From the NCBI GenBank assembly GCA_964057225.1, contig OZ059896.1, positions 10,912,001 to 10,976,000 on the forward strand: DNA of 64,000 nucleotides. The letters are read 5' to 3'. The position numbers were made by a program, and so were the translations under genes. Source of the DNA: Auanema rhodensis. Taxonomy: Eukaryota > Animalia > Nematoda. Positions 1 through 11,471 of the stretch are shown here, one piece after another. The stretch's first letter is position 1. Each line of letters opens with the position of its first letter. The notes beneath the pieces were generated by a model. The model saw nothing but the letters and a program-made list of their open reading frames with translations. It made no database searches and was not told the origin of the DNA.

Positions 1-87
1 TTTCTTGCCTATTGCTTTCTTAACTTCCGTTGGAACCACTTTCTCATTTCTTTCTTAATCAAGCCCTTGATTCTAATTTCCTTTTTC

Positions 88-89
<2 letters not shown>

Positions 90-121
<32 letters not shown>
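90..121. repeat. (AT)n microsatellite
   Basis: Perfect TA dinucleotide run. Confidence 0.95.
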
Positions 122-124
<3 letters not shown>

Positions 125-3059
125 GTTTTTTTATTTTACGAACACAACTCTTTCTTCTCTCTCAATACTTTATTGAAATCGAGATTTTTAATGGAGATCA
201 CGTTTTCATAAATATTGTCGTGACGTTTTCTAATTAAGTATAAGAAAATATTTCTTTTTAAACACGAAGGTTAAAATCGTTCAAAAATAGAATTTCTTAT
301 GATTTTTCTCGCGACGATCTCACAGTGTGATAAATTTATCAAAGCTTTGATACTTACATGAAAATTGGATTTTGACTTCCACATCATTCCAAGCAATCAG
401 TATTTTCCCATAAGGAGAGTGTTGGACTAAGTACTGCAGACAAATATGTATAAGTAATTGCATCTATTTTCTAAAAATTAGCATTTCCTAGATAATCCAC
501 GGAATTCAGAAATTCCCAACAAAGTATATTCTTATTTATGTTTTTTATTCATTATTTTCCACAAAAAAAATGAAATACAATTTACATCAAGTTCTTGGGA
601 ATATGAGGCAAAGTTTGTGGCTGTTTCATTGTTTGTTTATTATTTACAATTAGACAATAGTTTTTCAAACTGTTTTTTATAATTTATTACTTATATTTAT
701 GTTTCTTTGCTCCCGATTTTCTTATTTTAACGCTCTTAAAATTTGAGAAAGTTTGGAATCCAAAAGAGCAAAACATATTTTAAGGTTCGTGGAAAAAAAA
801 GCTCTTAATGAATAGATGAAAAAAAAAATCATTAAATACTTCTGAATTCATAATGTTTCGAAAAGTAGTAGTCTAGTAGTTTATCTGTGGTTCCTTTTAC
901 CGTTTCTCTAGATCCCTTCTCTTTGCAGTTCACTTTATCTCTTCCCTCCGTCCTCGTCGTGTCTCTTTTCTTACCCTCTTTTTTCAATATGTATGTGCTA
1001 GTCACTAATCGATTCGAAGCCATTCTACCACAAGAGACAGCTTCTTCTCCATTCTTGCTGCCCTCTCTCTTTGGTTCACTATTTCACCACGTACTCGGAC
1101 TCTCAGCCCGTCTCCGCCTATATCCTTTTCTCGGCATTTTTTTCCCTTCACCAACCTTTTGTCATCTTTTTGATCTTTCTAATCAATGATTTAAAAAGAA
1201 GAGGGTTGGATATTCACTATTTCTTTTATGAATTTATATTTTTTGTTGTGAATTCAAAAGCCTTAACTGGTACAGAAACGTTTGGTACTGCAGTTACGAA
1301 GATCGACAAAACTTCGGAAAACAATGTCTAATTACACAACAATACTTATAAGTCTTAATGTTTCAAAGTTCTGGTTTATTAATAAAAAAATTGGAACGAT
1401 TGAAAAACAATTCATTTGATACTTATACTATCCAGGTGTTTTCATCTTTTTATCGAGAACAGTAGGTAATGTTTGATTTTTTGAAAACGTTTTGGTGAGG
1501 TCTAAATGATGTCCAGATACACATTCATTTATTTTTATAATTGCATTACAATTATTTTTAAAAATATATGTCAAGGCGGGAAACCATATGTTTTTAATTT
1601 GATTTTTTAACTTTATATCATCTGATGCATCCGCCCGACCCTGTAGTTATCAGGAATGTTGGCGCTCTTATTGATTGCTGAGCTCAAATTTTCTTTTGTC
1701 TCTTGAAAGTACTTCTTTTTTTCCAGTTGGGAAGCAGCTTTGAGCAACTTAATGAAGTAATGCTTGCCGCGCTGTTTCTCTAGGTTTCTTTCATTATGTT
1801 CTTATAAGATCAGCATGGTTTCACTTATAGCAATGGTTTCAGTTGTACTTTATTATTTTTGTTTTTTGCTTTGAGTTTTGATGGTGAGTATCAGTAATAC
1901 ACATCCTGTTATGCTTCCTCTTTCTGTAGGCAATCCTTGAAATATAGTAATTTAACGAATGTTTCCAATAGTTTCCTTGAACTCTTCGAGGCATCTATAG
2001 AAGAATTTAAAGTGCAATCCAACAGTGTTTCCCGTCCATTAGGAAAGGGAGTGTGGAGTTATAAATGCTTTTGTTCAATATTTAGTTTTTTGCTTATATT
2101 TCATATGCATATATGTAATATTATATATATATATATATATATCAATATGTATAATATTTTACCTGTTAAACAATTAACGAAAAGCTGATTGTAGTTGGCA
2201 CTATTATTTTTCTGAATTTGTACTCTATTTAGCACCTAGCTAGATTATCTTGTAAAGCCATCAGAAATATAAATATTTCTTAAATTTCCTATAATTTGTT
2301 ATTCACTTGTTCAATTCATTTAATCTCAAACTGAGCATTATACGTGTCATTCAAAGTGCTGTTGCAGTTTTTAGGATTGGTTTCTTAATTTGTTTGATAC
2401 AGAATGTGTGACATTACTTCCATTTCTTATCTTCTTATCTCTGCAAACACAAACTTTCGTAGTGTCTTGAACACTTTTTGATTCAATTTTTTAAAAATAA
2501 GCTTTTAATTTATTTCTTTCAATGCAAACCTTAACTAAGGCAATCATAAACGTTCTGTGTTTTGTAATCGAATTATCATGAAAAAGTATTCATAACAAAT
2601 GTTTTTTTGCGTTTTTGTTGATTTTTTAGATATTTATAACCATAATGTTGTTTTGTTTCGACTTTTTTGCTTTTGTTTACATGTATTTTCAGAGCTCATT
2701 CTTATTTTTGCAGAGAACTCTTTGCCAGCTCGACCTCGAACTATTCGAACTGTTCTGTGTGCTCCAAAGGATTAACAACCACTACAAAAACATTAGGTTT
2801 CTATTTTATATTTTCGTAATTATTCATCCGATTTCAGAATAAATTTTGCAGTTTGCAGCTAGTTGGGTGCTTTGAGTATCAACTTCGTTATTTTATTTTT
2901 TGTATCTTTGTTCGTTTTATTTCAACTGCTATTATTCTTTAATTTTTCTAATATTCATTATTTTTTGTTAGCTTTCTCTTAGTGGAAATAGTCTCCACCC
3001 CTCATTTTCTCTCTCTGAATTTTCATCACCACACCATATTCGGATTTCTTTATCGAAGC

Positions 3060-5140
3060 ATGGCCACCCTCGTCGCCTCTGTCGGGGGTGGCGAGACGAA
3101 TGCTAACGCTTCGTCTGGTGGTAATTCTACGCCCTCTTCGTCCAGCTCGTCTTCAAGAGCCACACAAAATTCAATGTCACCCAGTACTTCGAATAACGCC
3201 GTTTCTTCTACAACTGCTACTTCGGGTAGTCCAAATCGTTCCAAAACGAAGGTTGAACGTCTATCAAATGAAGAAGAGGTTTTGTAGACTGATTCAATAT
3301 TATGTAATTTTTAATTATTTTAGGTAATCTCTTTCTTAATGGAATATTTTGCAAAGACAGAGCCTATTCTGTCAAGCTTAAATATTACTAATAAGTAAGT
3401 ATTTTTAATGCTAATAACTTTTTCGATACTATTCTTGTTTTTTCTCCTAGCTAATTTCGGTTGGAATTCATTCTTTATTGAATGCCTGGCTTTTCTGCTA
3501 ATAATCCAACTGGATTACCTATAATCTAGCGTTGTTCTGCCTCCTTTGAGCTTGATTTAACATGAAAACAGCGTGAAAGCTTTAGAAAATATTAGAAAAA
3601 GTTTAGATGCTATTGTGAACGTTTTTTTATAATAATATAAACATATTATAATATATACATATGATTAAAAATGCTTTTTTTCCTTTTTTTTTATAATTAT
3701 TCCTATTTTCAGAGATGAGTTACGAACATTACTCACCGATGTGATTCGTGACTGCATGCCTTGCCCTTCTTCGTGTTGTACAAGAGATGAACATGGGAAA
3801 TTGACGGGAGTATGTTTAGCAAGTAAAGCAACACTTTTTGAGAAACAGGTTTTTTCCTATATCCTTTATATTATATTGTTCAATTTACTTAGATGGATCG
3901 TCTATGTTTATACAAATTTAATGATGAGAAAATGAGAATTGCTGTGGAGTTTCTTAAATATGTTTTCAATAGAGTTGATGTGGTATATCATTGTGAAGAA
4001 CATCAAATTGCTCGACCGGTAATTTTTTTTTCAAATTTCTGCTCATAAGTTGGGGTTCCAGATCTTTATTGCTCTCATTTCCGTTCGCCCTGATTGGGGA
4101 CATAAAGGAATTGGATCAGCTATGCTAGACTATTGGTATGTATTTTTATTTCTTTTGCTTATTATGATAATCATTCCCTCATGTAACCATTTGAAGTTAC
4201 TAAATTGATACTCATATCAATAGTTAACAGTCCAAGCAATTGTGCTTGTTGCCAACCAGCTATACTTTAGCCTTGTTCGCAGCTGTACCCAATGACTTCA
4301 TCCTTATTTTTAAATTATTTCATTTACCCCTTTTTGCGTTGAAGGATTACTACTCGTTTTTTTGATCTAATCTTTTGGTTTTTTCTGATCATTGTTTGCT
4401 CTCTCAGTACAGTAGAATTTGACATTTTCCAATTCTGAAAATATTGAAGAAGTTTAAGAGAGGATTATTTCATTCACTCAGGAAATTGAATGCATTTCCT
4501 CTTTTGGTCTTCTGTAATTACACCCAAGCTCAGAAGGTACATATTAGAATAAAGACAAAATTAAAACTTAAATTAAGTTTTTTCGGATCTTTTGATTCTT
4601 TTATTGCTCCAAATAATTCAAATATTCTTACAAGAACTATTTCAAAGTTTATAAAACGCGTCTTATATTTTGAAGAAATGTAATCAAATTTATCAATTTC
4701 GCCTATTCCAAGCTTCAATAACGAGCTTTAACATGAGTTTGATGTTTGCCGCATCTTAGCAGGGCATCTTTTTTTGGATTTACAAACCAGCAAAATTCAT
4801 CAATGAAAGTAACAAAATGTGTAATATATTGTTTGCATTGTTTTTGTATGTTATTGACTTACATTTTTCAGTATGAATGCTGCTTCGAGTGATCAAGCTG
4901 ATGGTGCTTTGATGCTTTGTAGTAGTTCGAACGCTTTACATATTGTAAATCGGAAGTTCACTCAGCCAAATAGTTGGACTGTATGACTTTTTACATCAAA
5001 TGGTTCTAATAACTGTATATTTTTAGGTTAGCAGAATTCGTTATGCTGATTATCGTGGCGAATACCGTCATCCTCCTATAGTTCCATCATCAGAAGCTGA
5101 TAATACCCTTCATGTCTTGCTTACAAAACTCTCTCATTAA
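3060..5140 (+). CDS. GNAT-family N-acetyltransferase (arylalkylamine N-acetyltransferase-like), about 7 exons
   Basis: Spliced product MATLVASVGG..(Ser-rich)..EEEVISFLMEYFAKTEPILSSL..GKLTGVCLA..IFIALISVRPDWGHKGIGSAMLDYC..GALMLCSSSNALHI..IRYADY..LLTKLSH*. Acetyl-CoA motif A (V-x-P-D-W-x-x-x-G-I-G) and an aaNAT-like F-x-x-x-E-P segment; GT-AG introns keep frame. Confidence 0.8.
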
Positions 5141-6119
5141 CTTTTGTGAACGCAAATGTTGTTACCGGATTTGGGCATCATTGAATTGAAATTGTTTCTT
5201 TTATTAGTTCTTAGTTGTCCATATTTACTCATTTCTCAGATTATGCGTGCTCGACAGTTGTCAGTAGTATTATCCCCCGGAAATGAAATGCTTCAGGACA
5301 AAGGAGGCAATTTTCGCTTTTTTTAAACGGCCATTAGGTAGTAGTTGGCATTAGTTTTGGACGAGTTTATATTATTGTAAAAGGTCATAGTGTACCATAC
5401 ACATTATATAGAAATTTTGGGCTTAGTTCCTGTCATCCTCAAATTGTTATCAAGTTATTTAAACTAACTTTACCGTTTTACAAGATTTTATGGCAAAGCA
5501 TATTCACGCTTTTTCCCTTTCCTCCTATTCCTTTTTGTGTGGCTTAACAGCATTCTCTTACTTGAAAGCTAATATATGATGACAAATTTGGAATATGTGT
5601 TCAATTGTGTCTTGTTTTCTCATTGGTGCATTGCTCTTGAACATCGTTCAAGTTCTTACTTTATCTCTTTGTTCATCATTTCTTTTTGTATAAGATCCAT
5701 ATTTACCTACATTGTAAATATTTCAAGCTCCTATCTGCATAACGTATCTGCTAGGCTTGAAAATTGTTTTTTGTAGTGTTATGCTGCCAGCTATATCTGT
5801 TATTTTGATTATGAAATATCAATGTTGAAACTGTTTATTAGATCCATCTAGATTATCTTCGAATTTCTTCCGTAAAAGATTTGTTTTATACAATTGTAGT
5901 GATTACCGAAGATATCACATGATATGCTGAGTAAAAGTCTGTTTTGAAGTTTTCAGTTTGCTTTCTTACTTCGTTTCTAACAAAAGTCTCACATTACTTT
6001 CAGCTGCCAAGATTTCGAGACATAGCTGAAAAATAAAATAAAAAATGTTTGCGAAGCTACGATTTTCGGAGCTAGGTGCTGGAGGTCATAGTGCAAGCAA
6101 AGTGGATTAAGCCGGAAGC

Positions 6120-6420
6120 AATGGGATATTAAAATGAGTCTGGGCTATGAAAATGGGATAAATGCGGAAAAGGGAAGTGAAAACTATGCCTGGAAATAGA
6201 AAACGTTAGATGACAAGCTAATTTAAAGCAACGTCTGCAAGAGACATCTGAGCCAAAATAGGAATGGAGATAAAACCAAGAGGTTTTCTATCTCTCCCTA
6301 TACAAATCTCTCGTTCTTTTAGTTGATTCGCTAGAGATCTCTCAGACCTTCCGGATGGCTGAGTTTTATAAGAAACGAATCGTCGAAATTCGTGGTATAA
6401 GAAAGGAGATCCACGAGAAC
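6120..6420 (-). ncRNA. Candidate structured RNA, possibly RNase P RNA
   Basis: Minus strand GGAAGGUCUGAG (6352-6341) and CAUAGCCCAGACUCA (6149-6135) can form a P4-like helix about 200 nt apart; several strong hairpins lie between them. P1/P2 not convincingly identified. Confidence 0.3.
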
Positions 6421-7185
6421 AACTCGAAAAAACATATTTTTTATAATTAATGTTTTAAAAAACATATTTTTCTAAAATTATTGACTATCGTATTGTAAAT
6501 AAATTTTTGTTTTGTTCGTCCTAATTATTTTTTTCTTGTCACAAAAATAAAGTTGAAAATATCCTAATCCATCTTTTTCACTTAATTCGTCATAATGTGA
6601 ATTGCTTAAAATATGAGTTTCGGTTATTTAATCCATTTTTCCGAATTTTTTTTTGTTTAAGTTGTCATCTTAATTTATTCATTAGACTGAATATTTATAA
6701 TATCATTAATTAAACTTCAAACAACATTTATAATGCTATTATATTCAAAATATTTAAATTTTGAAAATAAAGTTTTTAAATTGCTTCATTCTTGAATTAT
6801 CTCGTTTCAGAAATCACATCATGATTTCCTGTGAATCTTTATATTCAATCATAACTTTGCGAATAAAGTTGTTGTAATGATAATAACTGAAAAAATAATG
6901 GTTTATAATATAATTATATTTAAGAAAAGAAATATTTATTATAACATTTGTACTTGTTTGTTTGAAATTAAGCAAAGATTGCTCTTAACATATATGAATT
7001 TCTGAAATTAATTCTGTTGTACGAATGTATGTTTATAAATTATTATTTCAGCTTACTTGTTTTTTCAAGTGCAATCAACCTGAAACTTCAGTTTGGTTAA
7101 AGCTTAAACAGGGACTACTACTCGTCTTTTTCTAATCCACAATATTCTAGAACTATAATTGTAAAGAAATATTGGTTATACCGAT

Positions 7186-10100
7186 ATGAATAATTCATCG
7201 ACTGTCTATAGTAATACACTTCTTGAACGATCTTTTAGTCGTCCTGTAGCTTTTTTGGAACAAGCAAGAGCATGGATTGGTTTGTTGTTTCAATTTATTT
7301 TCCTAATTCAATTCCTCATTCATGCTGATGTTCAGTTGGACCTCAGTCAGCCCGCACCTTGACAGAAAACCCAGGAACTATATCCTTTCATGATTATGGA
7401 TGTCGACCATCATTATGTGAGTTCAAGTTAATGAGTATTAGCAAATAATACATTTTGGAAATTCTTTATAACCAAGTATTTCTGGTTCAGCTGTAGAATT
7501 TCGTAAAAATGCTTTACTATTTGGACGTTGTGATGATTTTGGAATGGCTTTGGGAAAAGTTTCGGAAATCGCTCAAAAAACTCCTAGGTACAAAAAATGG
7601 AAATTTTAACTTATATTATTTTAAAATTACAATAGAAGCAAATTAAACCTACAAGAAGCAGTCGAAGAGCTAATACATGGTTTACCACCTGTTTTTACAT
7701 TCAATGCTATAATAACACAAGATGCACCAACAGCTATAACAGAAATTTTAAGTATATGCATGAGAATTCAAGAATTAAGTCAACGTATTTCAAATTATCA
7801 AGTGGATTGTTGTTGTCGCTTAATTACTCTTAAATTAGGTTATAAATCCGAATTAAGTTTTATGATTCAACGTGAGCACTATTTAGACGATAATGTGCTC
7901 AGAAATCCTTTGCCAATTAGTCACTTTCAATTGGATAGTCTTAAACATCAATTAGAAATAACTCCTCCAATTCATCTAAGACGTCACATGAATTTCAGGT
8001 ACAAACAATATTTCAAAGTGCAATAAAAAGATTTTCGATCTGAATATTTCAAGTTAAATGTTTAATTTTAGACAATTTGATGCAATGCTGAACAAAGATA
8101 TTCATGATTGGTTAATTCCTTCACAAGAATTTTGCTGTTCTTCATCTATATATTTATCGCTTGCTGTCACTTCTACTCCTTTTGGAATTGTTTACGCTCA
8201 AGCTGAAAAAAGTTTGCGACATCACAAAACCTCATTAGGTGTTAAAACAATTGTAAAGCTTTTCGAGGTTATAATTGGTTTGGTGTTGGAAAAAAAATCA
8301 ATTTTCTAGGCTATGGATACGATTCTTTCTAATGTTGATCAGGTTGACTTGAAAATTAGTTGTTCATTTCAAATAGATAGCTATGATGATGTAGTACGAG
8401 TGATTACAACGAAATTTTCCCACAGACTACCAAACACTAGTGGGTAAGATATCATTTATAATTATAGAAAAAAGACGATTTTGTGTGGTAATTACGATTA
8501 TTTTTCTTTTTTTAGACATTGTTTCTGTGGTTTTACTAGCTCTTGTAAAACATATCATTACGTCTATAATGATGATTTATACAGAATTTTTTTACATCGT
8601 GATAGAGCTAATTGGCTTTTAGTTATGAGTAAAGTGTATATATATCATTTAACTTAAAATACTATATAAAAAGAATTTAATATTTAGAAAAGGAAATAAT
8701 GAAATGAGATTTCGAATGGAACAAATGGCTATATTATCTTCCTTAGATCGACAAAGTGTTAGTTTAGGTAAATTAAACAGGTTTTCTAATGAAACAAGAC
8801 AATTAAAGGATTTATTGAAATGTGGAAATCATTTTATCTTTATATGTGCAAACAAGATAAACATTGTGGAGTAACATCTTCTTGTCGTTTTTCCCAAAAT
8901 GATCGTAAGTATTTAATTATATTTATATTTAATAACACAATTATAACTATTATAAACACTTTGGAACTCAAAATCTTCTTCAGATCAAACATATTTGATG
9001 AAGCCCACAGTAAGACGATGTAATTCATGCTCTGATGAGAAACTGTCTAGTTGCATCAAGATTATATCAAAGAAATCCGAACGAACACCCTTGAGAAAAC
9101 GTTATAGTGTAAACGAAGAACGTTTATTACATCCGTTAAGAGATTATAGCACAGCTATAGGACCACATTTCCATAAAAAAAGTGTTTGGAACGAACAAAA
9201 TACGGATAAACTGAGATTAGGATATTGTCGTTTATTATCATTTGGAATACTACCAGATGGAGGAAATACTTTACGATTAGATATCAGTACAGCAACTCAA
9301 GAAGAAAAAAAATCTTTAAAGTTTGAACTTAAAACTTATCAATTCCTTCAATAATAACTTATTGTCTAGACTTCCAAAAACTGATATACGACAATTCTTT
9401 CAAGAAAACTGTACTACTCAAGAAAGATTTGTTCAAGAGAATATAAAAGCCTTATGTCAGCCTATACGACGAATCACAATAGATCCAGTAATTATATAAA
9501 TTAATAATAATTAAATGAAAAAGTATCATTTTAGTTTTGTTTACCTCCTAAAATTGTTCGAGATATCATGAAGTATGATTTAAGAACTCATCCATCTGTT
9601 GAACTTGTTCAATTTAATTTCAGTTTGTTGTTTATTGAACTTCTTCTATTAAAACTAAATGATTTACAGCTGAAATTGAAGGAAGTCAGAAAGAGTTACG
9701 CATCTTTGAAGCATTTCCTATCAAGCTTGTAGAAGTTTATGATCATGCATCATTTCATATATGTCGGTATTATTCTCCAAGGTATGAGTTATTTTATAAT
9801 ATTGTATTAAATATTAAATATTCAGGCGTTTAACAAAGTTTTTAGAAGAAAATCCAGATTTATCAGATTATTGGTTTATTCCTATACGTCCTCGTTCTTA
9901 TAATTATCTTTCAATATTTGTAAACGCTAACTTTCCAAAAGCATGGTTTCCCCAACTTGGAACAGCGAGTAGATCTTTAAGATTGCTTGAATACTTAGTT
10001 TTTCCGATCGGACAAGTAATGAGAGTGAGATATTCAAATTTTTAATATTTAAATTTAATTATTCTAATTTAAGTGTTTGCCATTACTATTGAAATCAATA

Positions 10101-10510
10101 TCTTTTTTTTATTTTGAAATTGATGAAATTCCATCTTTTCACATCATTGCTGTTCTTAGTCAATATTTAGTATTAAATCTAAGATGGGAAGAAGATTCTA
10201 ATATATAGTAAGTAGTTAAATAACTATAAAAGTTGAACATTTTTTAAAGTTCTGGCTTTCGACGGATATATCATCGACGGATATATAATGAAATGTTTGT
10301 CTTAACAATAGAACCTACATCAACAGAAGTTGGACAATATCGTCTATTTATACATAGAAAGTAATTTATATACAAATTATTTAATTTTAATTAATTAAAT
10401 TTCTATTAAGAAATGAAGATTTCCGAATACTTCAATATTTGCGAAGCAATGGTACAGCTAGCCCACCAAGTAAACGTGCATCTCGTGTTCGGACGGAAAA
10501 ACATGTTTAA
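7186..10510 (+). CDS. Large multi-exon protein of unknown function (roughly 700 aa or more)
   Basis: Exons join in frame from MNNSSTVYSNTLLERSFSRPV through ORF pieces 7760-8026, 8058-8309, 8820-9023 and 8995-9354 to ..SPPSKRASRVRTEKHV*. One junction near 8690 needs an alternative AG. No family recognised. Confidence 0.65.
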
Positions 10511-10689
10511 TGCTGTATATTATTTTATTATAAAAATAATAATTAAATAAGTATATTCTAATTTATATATATATATTAGTATTTAATAAAAATATATTTT
10601 GTATTTTATATTGTCATTCATTTAAAATAAATTATAATTACATAATGTAAAAGGATTAAAATAAACTTTTTATTTATTTACTAGAAGTA

Positions 10690-10850
10690 AGAGAGGGAGT
10701 AAAAGAGAAAAAGTGAAAGATATATATAGATATCTAGAGTTTGATAGAGGGAAAGAAAGAGAGAGAGCAAGAAAATGGGAGAAAATACAGAATGAGAGCG
10801 TGGAAGAGATAAAGAGAAAGAGAGCGAGGGAGAAAGAGAGAGAAAGAGAA
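10690..10850. repeat. GA-rich purine tract upstream of the SLC17 gene
   Basis: AG-rich low-complexity run; explains spurious ORF 10713-10952. Confidence 0.7.
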
Positions 10851-11471
10851 TGTTATGCTAAAAGGATGATTAACGTTGTCCATCTGTATTATCATCGTCT
10901 ATACCCGTTGTATCCAAATAGTATCAAGTCTCTCATTTGGGAGAAATACTGACTTCTAACGTGTCGAACATCAGATTCCTTACATGTGTGTCGTTCTGAT
11001 GATACTATATCGTCATCTTCTTTCATCGTTCATCTATCTTTTCATTTCAAAAACCTCTCAATTTTGTGTTGAATTTATATTCTCTCGTTATTTTCCCTAA
11101 TATGCCGTCTTTCCACTTTTCAACAACTATTCACTATCCACCATTGCCTGATTACTATCACTTCTATTAGCAATATGAAGTCTGTGACTGCATCAATAAA
11201 AAAAAAGAAAAAAAGTGTTAAAATCAATCTCCTCTCATAAACTCTCCTTCACATTCTCTTTCCCTTTGCTTCTCGTTTTCTCTGTTCTCCAGATCTCTCT
11301 CTCTCCCTATCTCCCTCTTCATACTTGCTCTCTCCTTTTTTTTTGCTTTTCTCCTTACAGTCTTTAAACATCTTCTTCAACCATTTCCTTCCTTGGTCAT
11401 TTGTACAAATTTATATTGTCTCGTTAAGATTGTAACAGTAGGAGTTGCTGGTATTCGTATTTTATTCTGAA

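Noticed and set aside
832-1331. ORFs 832-1023, 887-1189, 1071-1331
   Set aside because: Produced by a CT-rich tract; no splice or family support.
3050-3327. Antisense and alternate-frame ORFs over GNAT exon 1
   Set aside because: Shadows of the Ser-rich coding exon.
10713-10952. R/E/K-rich ORF
   Set aside because: Translation of a GA-rich tract.
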